Of a DNA stretch of 64,000 nucleotides, positions 42,233-51,900 are shown piece after piece (position 1 is the first letter of the stretch; each line of letters starts with the position of its first letter). The notes below the pieces were generated by a model. That model had not been told where the DNA came from, ran no database searches, and saw nothing but the letters and a program-made list of their open reading frames with translations. Position numbers and translations under genes: made by a program. Origin of the DNA: Arcobacteraceae bacterium (GTDB lineage Bacteria; Campylobacterota; Campylobacteria; Campylobacterales; Arcobacteraceae); NCBI GenBank assembly GCA_048268245.1, contig JBLWVX010000003.1, positions 94,530 to 158,529 on the forward strand. The letters are read 5' to 3'.

Positions 42233-43117
42233 TTACTTAGCTTTACCTTTTGAAAACAATTCGTCCATTTTTTGCTCATAATCATGGTACCCTAACATAT
42301 CGTAAAGTTCCATTCTTGTTTGCATAGTATCTAATACACCTTCTTGAGTTCCTTTATCTTTTAACTCTTGGTATACGTTTAATGCAGCTTTATTCATTGC
42401 TCTGAATGCTGATAATGGGTAAAGAACCATATCAATACCAACTTCTGCTAATTCTTCAGTTGTGAACATTGGAGTTGCACCAAATTCAGTAATGTTTGCT
42501 AATACAGGTACAGACATTTTGTCTGTAAACTCTTTGTATTCTTTTAATGTGTGAATTGCTTCAGCGAAGATTGCATCTGCTCCAGCTTCAACGTAAGCTA
42601 ATGCTCTGTCGATTGCAGCTTGTTGCCCTTCAGAAGCGTGTGCATCAGTTCTAGCGATGATATAGAAATCTGGGTCTAATTGCATTTTTGCATCAACCGC
42701 AGCTCTAATTCTGTCACACATTTCTTCTGTAGATACTAACTCTTTATTAGGTCTGTGTCCACATCTTTTTGCAGCAACTTGATCTTCAATGTGAAGTCCA
42801 GCTGCACCAGATCTAATAAATTCTTTAACAGTTCTAGCAACGTTGAATGCGTGTCCCCAACCAGTATCAGCATCTACGATAACAGGAGTATCACAAATAG
42901 AAGTAATTCTTCTAATATCAATACATACATCCTCAATCATAGTCATACCTAAATCTGGTAAACCATAAGATGCATTTGCAATTCCTCCACCTGAAAGGTA
43001 AATTGCCTTATGTCCTACTTTTGTAGCTTGTAATGCTTGGTATGCATTAATTGTTCCTACGATTTGTAAAGGAGACTCTTCCTTAAGTGCTTCTCTAAAT
43101 TTTTTTCCTGCGCTCAT
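42233..43117 (-). CDS. prpB: Methylisocitrate lyase
   Basis: [26 protein letters not shown]; start moved to MSAGKK. Confidence 0.96.
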   Translation of the reverse strand: MSAGKKFREALKEESPLQIVGTINAYQALQATKVGHKAIYLSGGGIANASYGLPDLGMTMIEDVCIDIRRITSICDTPVIVDADTGWGHAFNVARTVKEFIRSGAAGLHIEDQVAAKRCGHRPNKELVSTEEMCDRIRAAVDAKMQLDPDFYIIARTDAHASEGQQAAIDRALAYVEAGADAIFAEAIHTLKEYKEFTDKMSVPVLANITEFGATPMFTTEELAEVGIDMVLYPLSAFRAMNKAALNVYQELKDKGTQEGVLDTMQTRMELYDMLGYHDYEQKMDELFSKGKAK

Positions 43118-43292
43118 ACACATCCTTTAATTTGAATTGAGTACTATTATACATGATTTAGATATATGTACAGTGTATGATTTTTGTAAGAGAAAACACA
43201 ACTTTTTTTTAAAAATATAGTAAATGTACAATATTTGTTCTTATGTTTTAAAATGGTACAATATTTGATAAAGTAAATTTTAAGGAATGTAA

Positions 43293-44270
43293 GTGAATTA
43301 TAAGAACTCAATCGATAAGTTTATAGAGATATTCAAAAGATCAAACCTAAGTATATCAAAGTTTGCATCTTTAATCAACAAGGACAGAAGAACTGTAACA
43401 TCGTGGATTGACAATCTAACAGAAGTTGAACCAAGTAATGATGTTAAAGAAAAGATTTGTCAAATTTTTAGGTACCCAGATTATATATGGGAGGATGGTT
43501 GTATAGATGAAGAGTTTTTGAAATCGATAACACAAATACCTCAAAAGGAAGTTAGGATAATAGATGAAGACTATCATGGTAGATTAAAGTATATCATGGA
43601 TGTTGAAAAAAATAGAAGATTTGTTATTCAAGCACAATTTCCTGGACCTATGTATAGAGATACAGCCGTACAAAAAGTATACAGAACTAAAACATCAAAA
43701 GATATAGAAGATTTAAAACAAAAAAGAATTGAGCAGATGTTAAGATATGATTATGATACTACTGAGTGGTATTCTATAAAATCTGTTTTATCATTTTGTT
43801 TTGCAAGTATTGGAAACTTCTATACAAAAGAAGAAAAAATCAAAATATTAGAACTTATATATGAACTGTTTAACAATAACTATAATAAAAAGCTTTTCTT
43901 ATTTGATAGTTTTTCAAGAAAGATTTATGGAATGGAAACAACATATATATCTATAAATGTAAAGCAAAAGATACTTTTCTTTAAATCACCAATTGAGTCT
44001 GTTTTTATAGAAATCAGAAATAAGAATTTAGTTGAAAGAATGCATAAGTATTATAGTTCACCTATTGAAGCACCATCTCATGTGAACTTTTTAGAATCTG
44101 TTAAGATTATAAAGATTTTACAAGAAGCCTTAATATATAACAATGATATTAAACAAGCATATGAGACTATAAATAGAACTACAGACTATGGGGAACTTTT
44201 CTATCATAATCTAAGTTTGGATTTACAAAAAGAAGTTAGTGATCCAAAATCAGGTCAAAGAAGGAATTAA
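43293..44270 (+). CDS. Uncharacterised protein with N-terminal XRE-type HTH, putative regulator
   Basis: LSISKFASLINKDRRTVTSW...P...KICQIF HTH pattern; divergent from prpB. Confidence 0.65.
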   Translation: MNYKNSIDKFIEIFKRSNLSISKFASLINKDRRTVTSWIDNLTEVEPSNDVKEKICQIFRYPDYIWEDGCIDEEFLKSITQIPQKEVRIIDEDYHGRLKYIMDVEKNRRFVIQAQFPGPMYRDTAVQKVYRTKTSKDIEDLKQKRIEQMLRYDYDTTEWYSIKSVLSFCFASIGNFYTKEEKIKILELIYELFNNNYNKKLFLFDSFSRKIYGMETTYISINVKQKILFFKSPIESVFIEIRNKNLVERMHKYYSSPIEAPSHVNFLESVKIIKILQEALIYNNDIKQAYETINRTTDYGELFYHNLSLDLQKEVSDPKSGQRRN

Positions 44271-44271
44271 A

Positions 44272-44907
44272 TTGTTTGATTATTCTTTATATATAAATGA
44301 GTTTTTAATATTAGCTGGTGCTTTATTTATTGCATTGTTATCTCCTGGTCCTGATTTTGCAATGATTTTAAAACAAAGTGTTAGTTATGGTAAAAGAGCA
44401 TCTATTTTTTCAAGTATAGGTATAGGACTTGGTGTTTCTGTTCATGTTGTTTATACTCTTTTGGGAATAGGTCTTATTATTTCAAAGTCAATAGTTTTAT
44501 TTAATATTGTGAAGTATTTAGGTGCTGCTTATCTAATTTATCTTGGCATTATGAGTTTAAAATCAAAAGGAATGAGTTTACAAAGTGATAACTCAAAACA
44601 AAAAGAGAATATAAGTGATTTTAAATCTTTTAGCATAGGATTTTTATGTAATGCTTTAAATCCTAAAGCAACGCTATTTTTCTTATCAATGTTTACAGTA
44701 GTTATAAGTATAGATACTCCTATGTATATACAAGCTATATATGGAATATTTTGTATGATGGCAACTATTGTTTGGTTTGTGTTCCTTTCTCTATTTTTAA
44801 GTCATAAAAAAGTAAGAACTTTCTTTAATTCATTTGGTGTATGGTTTGATAGAGTTGTAGGTGTGGTATTGATAAGTTTAGGTGTAAAAGTAGCCTTAAG
44901 TAAATAA
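44272..44907 (+). CDS. LysE/RhtB-family exporter
   Basis: SPGPDF, GAAYL.YLG, NPKA; probable TTG start at 44272. Confidence 0.9.
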   Translation: MFDYSLYINEFLILAGALFIALLSPGPDFAMILKQSVSYGKRASIFSSIGIGLGVSVHVVYTLLGIGLIISKSIVLFNIVKYLGAAYLIYLGIMSLKSKGMSLQSDNSKQKENISDFKSFSIGFLCNALNPKATLFFLSMFTVVISIDTPMYIQAIYGIFCMMATIVWFVFLSLFLSHKKVRTFFNSFGVWFDRVVGVVLISLGVKVALSK

Positions 44908-44916
44908 AGGAAAAAG

Positions 44917-45486
44917 ATGAATAGTAGAGATAAGTTATTAAAAGTAGCCTTTGAAGAGATATTTCAAAATGGGTATCATGCAACTTCTGTTGATAAGATA
45001 CTGAAAAAAGCTTCAATGAACAAGGGAAGCATGTATCACTTTTTTAAATCTAAAAAAGAGTTGATTTTAGCAATTATAGAAGTTCATGTTGATGAGTATA
45101 TTCAAAAGAAATATGGGGTTATTTTAGACTCAAAAGAGAACATGATAGAAGCTATTATGTCTGTATTAAGAAATAAACCTTTATATAATTTCATTTATGG
45201 ATGTAGATTAAATAATCTTGTACATGAATTATCAAATCAAGATAAAGATTTTAAGAAAGCTTTAGAAAAATCATACTTTAAATTTGAGGCAATCTTTCAA
45301 GAAGCTTTAGATAGAGCAGTACAAAATGGTGAAATAAAAAAAGATACAGATACAAAAGCTGTTGGAATGTTTATCCTAGCCACAATACAAGGTGGACTAA
45401 CAACTGCCAAAAAATCATCTGATTCTAAGTATTATGATATATGTATAGAGCAATTACATAATTATCTTAATCTTTTAAAGAATTAG
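44917..45486 (+). CDS. TetR-family regulator (NemR/LmrA-like)
   Basis: N-terminal HTH GYHATSV...KGSMYHFFKSK, GCRLNNL. Confidence 0.92.
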   Translation: MNSRDKLLKVAFEEIFQNGYHATSVDKILKKASMNKGSMYHFFKSKKELILAIIEVHVDEYIQKKYGVILDSKENMIEAIMSVLRNKPLYNFIYGCRLNNLVHELSNQDKDFKKALEKSYFKFEAIFQEALDRAVQNGEIKKDTDTKAVGMFILATIQGGLTTAKKSSDSKYYDICIEQLHNYLNLLKN

Positions 45487-45533
45487 AAAAACAAAAAGTA
45501 AATCATAGTTTCTAAATAAAGAAAAGTTTGAAT

Positions 45534-45562
45534 ATAGGAAATCACAAATTGTGACTTCCTAT
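45534..45562. repeat. Imperfect palindrome ATAGGAAaTCACAAaTTGTGAcTTCCTAT
   Basis: Inverted repeat read directly from the sequence. Confidence 0.75.
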
Positions 45563-45831
45563 TCAGATTATATTAAATTTCAACTTTTTACTAATATCTT
45601 TGCTTAAAATCAAGTTTAACAATTTCTTTTAAATTAGATAGTTGATTTATCTATAAATGTTAATAATGCCATTATAGAATATCCTATCTCATTATTTTGA
45701 TTATCCATTATTTCAATAATATATTAGTTTTTAGCAGCTTTAAATTCACAGAAGTGGTTTTAAATATGTTTCATTTTATAGCTGAGGTTAATATAATAGT
45801 AAGAAATTTATTTCTGGGTATGCTTAATGAA

Positions 45832-46218
45832 TTAAAATAAATTTCCCATCTTAACATTCATGTATTGCTTTGAAGCTTCAATCAAAAAATCCATACTTAA
45901 AGCTTTTGTTGCATTTTTTAATCTATAGATTTCAGTGTCATTAGATAACATATCATAAAATTTATGTCCTTTATCATGAAGTCTCAATTCTAAACCAATG
46001 TTAGTTTTATAAAACCCTATTCCAGACGTGAAAAATACTCCTGGTTTTCCAGATTTATTTATAATAAAATTATTGTCCAGTAATAGTTCCCAATGAAATG
46101 TAAACTTTTCAAAATTATTGTTAATCATTTCTTTAAATTCACCACTTCTAATATAATTAGTTTCACTAACTATAAACTTCTCTAAAATTAGTTTTACATA
46201 TTCTATATCTATTGTCAT
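45832..46218 (-). CDS. Hypothetical protein, possibly DUF2513-like winged helix
   Basis: IDIEYVKLIL...FHWELLLDNNFI...LRLHDKGHKFYDML; AAGG RBS. Confidence 0.6.
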   Translation of the reverse strand: MTIDIEYVKLILEKFIVSETNYIRSGEFKEMINNNFEKFTFHWELLLDNNFIINKSGKPGVFFTSGIGFYKTNIGLELRLHDKGHKFYDMLSNDTEIYRLKNATKALSMDFLIEASKQYMNVKMGNLF

Positions 46219-46269
46219 GTTATTGCCTTTTTAATATATTTTATAAATTATACATTAAAAAATTAGCAC

Positions 46270-46460
46270 CATTTTCCACTTTTATTCTATCAACAAAGCA
46301 GTGATATTTATGTTCTAAAAAAAACTAGCATGATTTCGTTTTCATCAATAGTTAATTCATTTTTTTCTTCATCATACTCACACCTAAACCTAAGAAAAAA
46401 GTTAAAATCTTGTCTTTTTATATTTTTATACTCTTCTATACATACATAAAGCAATTCCAT
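46270..46460 (-). pseudogene. Degenerate 5' remnant of an ABC/AAA_21-type ATPase gene
   Basis: MELLYVCIEEYKNIKRQDFNF..RFRCEYDEEKNELTIDEN then a stop at 46308; shifted frames give NINITA and KSGK, a broken Walker A. Confidence 0.65.
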
Positions 46461-46577
46461 AATAAATCTTTAAATATAATTTTTGAAACATATTACAAAA
46501 TATTATTAAAAAATTGTAACTTTATTTTATTATATCTATTCATCCACACATAACCCAAGCTATGATACTATCACAAT

Positions 46578-48686
46578 ATGAATACAAAATATAAAATACT
46601 AAAAGATATATTTGGACATGAGAAGTTTAGGTCATTTCAAGAAGATGTAGTTGATACGATTATTGGTAGGCAAGATGTTTTAACTATTTTGCCAACAGGT
46701 GGTGGAAAATCACTTTGCTATCAACTTCCAACACTACTTATGCCTGGAGTTACAGTTGTAATATCTCCACTTATTGCTCTTATGCAAGACCAAGTAAAAG
46801 CTCTTAATGATTTAAATATAGAAGCAGATATGATTAGTTCACTTCAAAGCAGTGATGAAAATAGTTTCACTCTTCAAAAGCTTTTGCAAGGTGAACTAAA
46901 GTTTTTATATGTAGCTCCTGAGAGATTTACTTCAAATGAGTTTGTAGGTGTACTTCAAAGAATAAATATAAACTACTTTGTAATAGATGAAGCTCACTGT
47001 GTATCTGCTTGGGGTCATGAGTTTAGAGCTGAGTATAGAAATCTCGATAGATTAAAGCAGTTTTTTCCTCAGACTCCTATATGTGCGTTTACAGCAACTG
47101 CTACAAAAAAAGTAGAAGCTGATATAGCAAATAGTCTAAGACTAAATAATCCAAAACATTTTAGAGCAAAAACAAAAAGAGATAATCTAGATATAAAAGT
47201 TGAACCAAGAGTTTCAAATGGAAAAAGACAAATACTAAATTTCTTAAAAACTCATAGAGGAATGTGTGGAATAATTTATACTTTTACAAGAAAAGAGGCT
47301 GAGAGTATTGCTAAGTTTTTATGTGATGAAAACTATAAAGCAGCAGCTTATCACGCAGGACTTAGTGTAGATGTAAAAAACAGAGTTTTTGAAGACTTTG
47401 TATATGAGAGAGTTGATATAGTTGTTGCTACTATTGCCTTTGGTATGGGGATTGATAAATCGAATATTAGATTTGTAGTACATACTTCTATGCCTAAAAC
47501 TTTAGAAAACTACTATCAAGAAATAGGTCGAGCAGGGCGTGATGGTGAGATGTCTTATGTATATTTACTTTATTCAAAAGCTGATGAGGTAAAAAGAAAA
47601 ATACAAATAGAAGAAGCCATAGATGATGGATATAAATCAACATCTTTAGAAAAGCTTGAATTCATGTATAGATATTGTGTTTCAAATAACTGTAGGCATA
47701 AAATCATAGCTTCATATTTTGAAGATGAAATACCTAATTGTGAAACTTTATGTGATAACTGTACTAAAGGAGAGGTTGAGCAAGTAGATGTAAGTGTAGA
47801 TGCTCAAAAACTTCTTTCAGCTATTTTTAGATGTGAACAAAGATTTGGAATAAATCACATAGTTGATGTTTTAAGAGGCTCAAAAAATCAAAAGCTTTTA
47901 GAATTTGGTCATGATAAGTTAAGTGTTTATAATATAGGCGCTCAAAAAAGTAAAAATGAGTGGATAGCTATTTGTGATAAGCTTATAGACATACAAGCCT
48001 TAGAATTAGGTGAGTTTAGAGCTTTGAAAATCACTGATTTAGGAATGAAAATATTAAAAGGAAAAGAGAAACTTTTCATAGATAGTGATAAACTTGGACT
48101 TTTAGTAAAACAAGAAGAGGAAGAATTGGAACTTAGTTTTGATGATAAAATATTTGAAGAGTTTAAAACTTTACGAAGAGAAATAGCAAATGAAAATGAA
48201 GTTCCTGCATATGTAATCTTTGGGGATAAAACTCTAAAAGAGTTAAGTCAAAAACTTCCTATTACAAAAGAAGAGTTTCTTGAAATAAATGGAGTTGGAA
48301 AAGTAAGATTTGAAAAATATGGAAATTCTTTTTTAGAACTTTGTCAAAAAATAAAAGAAGAAAATAAAGAAGAGATAGAAAATAAAGCTCCTTCAAAAAA
48401 ATTAACAAAGACATATTTAGATACTTTAGAGTTAATTGAAAATGAAAAAACACTAGAAGAAATAGCACAAATTCGTGATTTAGGGATTAGTTCGATATTA
48501 AGCCATTTAACACTATTATACGAACATAAAAAGCTTTCAAAAAACAAAAAACAAGAGTTATTAGAGCCTATTAAAATTCCAGATGAAATAAGACAATGGA
48601 TAGAAGAAGGTTTAAAGTATGAAAGTTTAAAAGAACTAAGACAATATTTGTACTTGTATGAGTATTTAAAGAAGGAAAGTAATTGA
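46578..48686 (+). CDS. recQ: DNA helicase RecQ
   Basis: [32 protein letters not shown], zinc/RQC and HRDC domains. Confidence 0.96.
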   Translation: MNTKYKILKDIFGHEKFRSFQEDVVDTIIGRQDVLTILPTGGGKSLCYQLPTLLMPGVTVVISPLIALMQDQVKALNDLNIEADMISSLQSSDENSFTLQKLLQGELKFLYVAPERFTSNEFVGVLQRININYFVIDEAHCVSAWGHEFRAEYRNLDRLKQFFPQTPICAFTATATKKVEADIANSLRLNNPKHFRAKTKRDNLDIKVEPRVSNGKRQILNFLKTHRGMCGIIYTFTRKEAESIAKFLCDENYKAAAYHAGLSVDVKNRVFEDFVYERVDIVVATIAFGMGIDKSNIRFVVHTSMPKTLENYYQEIGRAGRDGEMSYVYLLYSKADEVKRKIQIEEAIDDGYKSTSLEKLEFMYRYCVSNNCRHKIIASYFEDEIPNCETLCDNCTKGEVEQVDVSVDAQKLLSAIFRCEQRFGINHIVDVLRGSKNQKLLEFGHDKLSVYNIGAQKSKNEWIAICDKLIDIQALELGEFRALKITDLGMKILKGKEKLFIDSDKLGLLVKQEEEELELSFDDKIFEEFKTLRREIANENEVPAYVIFGDKTLKELSQKLPITKEEFLEINGVGKVRFEKYGNSFLELCQKIKEENKEEIENKAPSKKLTKTYLDTLELIENEKTLEEIAQIRDLGISSILSHLTLLYEHKKLSKNKKQELLEPIKIPDEIRQWIEEGLKYESLKELRQYLYLYEYLKKESN

Positions 48687-49546
48687 AACAGTATTTAGAT
48701 TTATTGCAACATATTTTAGATAAAGGTGTGAAAAAAGAGGATAGAACAGGTACAGGAACCACTTCTGTATTTGGTTATCAAATGAGATTTGATCTAAGTG
48801 AGGGCTTTCCACTTGTAACTACTAAAAAGACATTTTTAAAAGCAATTATTTCTGAGCTTTTATGGTTTATAGAAGGTAGTACTGATGAGAGAAGACTTGC
48901 TGAGATTCATTATGGAGATAAAGCTTCTAATTTAATAGGTAAAAAAACAGTATGGACAGCAAATGCAGATGCTCAAGGTAAAGACCTAGGATATGTGAAT
49001 ACTGACACTATTAAAGAGCTTGGACCTGTATATGGAGCTCAATGGAGATCATGGATGGGTACTGATGGAAAGGCAATTGATCAGTTAGCTGAACTTATAA
49101 ATCAAATCAAAACAAACCCTGATTCAAGAAGAATGATTCTATCAGCTTGGAATGTAGGAGAATTAGAAAAAATGGCTTTACCACCATGCCATACATTTTT
49201 TCAATTTTATGTAGCAAATGGAAAACTATCTTGTCAGTTATATCAAAGAAGTGCAGATGTGTTTTTAGGAGTACCTTTTAATATTGCATCTTATGCTTTA
49301 CTTACTATGATGATTGCACAAGTTTGTGATTTAGAAGTAGGGGATTTTGTACATACTTTTGGAGATGCGCATATATACTCTAATCACTATGAGCAAGTGA
49401 ACTTACAGTTAAGTAGAGAACCTTATGAAAAACCTACTATGAAAATCAATCCAGCTGTAAAAAATATTGAAGATTTTAAAATGGAAGACTTTGAGTTAGT
49501 TGGGTATAAATATCATGAATCAATAAAAGCTGTAATGGCTGTATAA
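48683..49546 (+). CDS. thyA: Thymidylate synthase
   Basis: [35 protein letters not shown]. Confidence 0.97.
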   Translation: MKQYLDLLQHILDKGVKKEDRTGTGTTSVFGYQMRFDLSEGFPLVTTKKTFLKAIISELLWFIEGSTDERRLAEIHYGDKASNLIGKKTVWTANADAQGKDLGYVNTDTIKELGPVYGAQWRSWMGTDGKAIDQLAELINQIKTNPDSRRMILSAWNVGELEKMALPPCHTFFQFYVANGKLSCQLYQRSADVFLGVPFNIASYALLTMMIAQVCDLEVGDFVHTFGDAHIYSNHYEQVNLQLSREPYEKPTMKINPAVKNIEDFKMEDFELVGYKYHESIKAVMAV

Positions 49547-49555
49547 GGATAAAAG

Positions 49556-50062
49556 ATGAAAATTTCAATGATTGTAGCATATGGTAAAAACTGGGAAATT
49601 GGTCTTGATAATCAAATGTTATGGCATATAAGTGAAGATTTTAAAAACTTTAAAGCTATTACATCAGGTCATCATATCTTAATGGGAAGAAAAACTTTTG
49701 AGAGTATTGGAAAACCACTTCCAAATAGAACTTCACTTGTTTTAACAAGAGGTGATTTCTGTCATGATGGAGTTGAAACTTTCAATGACGTACAAAAAGC
49801 TTTTGATTTTGCAAGAGCAAATGGAGAAGAGGAACTATTTGTAATTGGTGGAGCAAATATCTATGAAACACTATTTGATTATGTGGATAAGATGTATTTA
49901 TCAGAAGTAGACTTTGATGGAAAAGCTGATGCTTTTTTAAAGCCTATTGATTTTTCAACATGGGATTTACAAGAACAAAGAGAGTATGAAGCTATAAAAG
50001 ATGAAAAGGGAGATATTATCTCACCTGCTTGGAACTTCAAGGTTTGGGTTAAAAAAGATTGA
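49556..50062 (+). CDS. folA: Dihydrofolate reductase
   Basis: MGRKTFESI..PLPNR, VIGG, DAF. Confidence 0.95.
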   Translation: MKISMIVAYGKNWEIGLDNQMLWHISEDFKNFKAITSGHHILMGRKTFESIGKPLPNRTSLVLTRGDFCHDGVETFNDVQKAFDFARANGEEELFVIGGANIYETLFDYVDKMYLSEVDFDGKADAFLKPIDFSTWDLQEQREYEAIKDEKGDIISPAWNFKVWVKKD

Positions 50063-50064
50063 TT

Positions 50065-50094
50065 AAAAGCTTGACTTTGAGGTCAAGCTTTTTT
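50065..50094 (+). terminator. Intrinsic terminator after folA
   Basis: aaaagcttgact-ttga-ggtcaagctttt plus T-run. Confidence 0.8.
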
Positions 50095-50107
50095 ATTATA
50101 AATCTAC

Positions 50108-50136
50108 TTGACTAGTCGGTCAAAAAAAGATAAGAT
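50108..50136 (+). promoter_or_regulatory. Promoter TTGACT-N17-TAAGAT overlapped by the palindrome TTGACTAGTCGGTCAA
   Basis: Palindrome 50108-50123 covers the -35 element. Confidence 0.6.
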
Positions 50137-50160
50137 TTATAAAAATTATAAAGGAAAAAC

Positions 50161-51087
50161 ATGAAAATAGCAATTTTAGATAGAGCAACACTTGGAAATG
50201 ATGTAGATGTATCTATTTTCGAGAAGTTTGGTGAACTAATAATTTATGATATGACAAGTGAAGAACAAACACAAGATAGAGTAAAAGATGTAGATATTGT
50301 TCTTACTAATAAAGTAGTAATAAATAGTTCTCATATGGATAACTCATATATGAAACTTATTTGTATTACAGCAACTGGTATGAATAATGTAGATTTACAA
50401 TATGCAAAACAAAAAAATATAGCTGTTAAAAATGTAGCAGGATATTCAAGTTCTTCTGTTGCACAAGTTGCTTTTTCTATGATTTTTCATTTTGTTACAA
50501 AACTTGATTATTATAAATCTTATGTTGATAATGGCAACTGGCAAAAGTCACCAATCTTTACTCATATAGATAAGCCTTTTTATGAGCTTGATAATAAAAG
50601 AGTAGGTGTTATAGGTCTTGGGGATATAGGAAGAAACTTTGCTAAAAAAGCAAAAGCTTTTGATTGTGAAGTAGTTTATTATTCAACTTCTGGAAAAAAC
50701 TCAAATAGTGACTATAAAAGAGTTGAGTTAGATGAGCTTTTAAGTACTAGTGATATTATCTCTGTTCATTGTCCTTTAAATGAAAACACACAAGATTTAT
50801 TAAATTATGAAAATATGTCAAAGATGAAAGATAAAGCTATATTATTAAACCTTGGAAGAGGTGGTATCATAAATGAAGAAGATTTAGCAAAAATCTTAGA
50901 TGAAAAAGAGATTTATGCAGGAATAGATGTAGTTTCAAAAGAGCCAATACTTGAAAGCAACCCACTTTTAAAAGTAGAAAATAAACAAAGACTATTACTT
51001 ACTCCTCATATTGGATGGGCAAGTATTGAAGCTAGAACTAGACTACTTGAAATGGTAGCAGATAATATAAAAGAGTTTTTAAAATGA
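50161..51087 (+). CDS. D-2-hydroxyacid dehydrogenase
   Basis: TNKV, GVIGLGDIG, VHCPL, NLGRG, TPHIGW. Confidence 0.93.
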   Translation: MKIAILDRATLGNDVDVSIFEKFGELIIYDMTSEEQTQDRVKDVDIVLTNKVVINSSHMDNSYMKLICITATGMNNVDLQYAKQKNIAVKNVAGYSSSSVAQVAFSMIFHFVTKLDYYKSYVDNGNWQKSPIFTHIDKPFYELDNKRVGVIGLGDIGRNFAKKAKAFDCEVVYYSTSGKNSNSDYKRVELDELLSTSDIISVHCPLNENTQDLLNYENMSKMKDKAILLNLGRGGIINEEDLAKILDEKEIYAGIDVVSKEPILESNPLLKVENKQRLLLTPHIGWASIEARTRLLEMVADNIKEFLK

Positions 51088-51872
51088 ATTATGAAGATAT
51101 AGATTTTAATGAATTATATATAAAACAAAAAGAGCTTACATCTTTTAAAGCAAAAGGTAAAGAAGCATGGGATGAAAAAGCACCTTCTATGAACAAAAGA
51201 GTACATAAGTCTATTTATAATGAACAGTTTTTAGAAAAGTTAGATTTAGAAGGAATAAACAGCTTACTTGATGTGGGTTGTGGTGTTGGAAACTTATCTT
51301 TAAGACTTGCAGATAAACTTGATGAGGTTTATTGTTTAGATTACTCATCAGGTATGCTTGATATTTTAAAACAAAATGCAAAAGAGAAAAATATATCAAA
51401 TATCAAAACAATAAACAAGTCTTGGTATGATTCTTGGGATGATGTGCCAAATGCAGATTTAGTAATAGCCTCTAGGTCTATGGAAGTAAAAGATATGAAA
51501 GAAGCTCTTACGAAGTTAACTAATAAAGCCAATAAAAAAGTAATAATTTCTTATAAAAAAGGTGGCTCTTTTGTATCAGATGAAATACTTGATGTTATGA
51601 AACGAAAAATAATCAAAAAACCAGATTATATTTATGTACTAAATGTCTTATATCAAATGGGAATAAATGCCTCAGTAAACTTCATACAAAGTGAAGGAAG
51701 AAACACTATATATACATCAAAAGAAAAGTTTATACAATCAATTTCATGGAGTATAGATGGACTAAGTGAAGATGAAATAAAAAGACTTGAAAACTACTAT
51801 GATACTTTAGATTTAGAAAAGAAACAAAAAGAAGAGTTTGTACAGTGGGCTTTGATTTCTTGGGAGAAGTAA
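51084..51872 (+). CDS. Class I SAM-dependent methyltransferase
   Basis: LLDVGCGVG, LDYSSGML. Confidence 0.88.
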   Translation: MNYEDIDFNELYIKQKELTSFKAKGKEAWDEKAPSMNKRVHKSIYNEQFLEKLDLEGINSLLDVGCGVGNLSLRLADKLDEVYCLDYSSGMLDILKQNAKEKNISNIKTINKSWYDSWDDVPNADLVIASRSMEVKDMKEALTKLTNKANKKVIISYKKGGSFVSDEILDVMKRKIIKKPDYIYVLNVLYQMGINASVNFIQSEGRNTIYTSKEKFIQSISWSIDGLSEDEIKRLENYYDTLDLEKKQKEEFVQWALISWEK

Positions 51873-51900
51873 GAAGAAAGAGTTTAACTCTTGCTTCTTC

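Noticed and set aside
45565..45830. Possible small gene in the non-coding gap
   Set aside because: The minus-strand frames I read are interrupted by stops, the track lists no ORF here, and no family was recognisable
48683..49546. Group I intron or intein in thyA, as in phage td genes
   Set aside because: The ORF is continuous and of normal length; only a short in-frame insert is present
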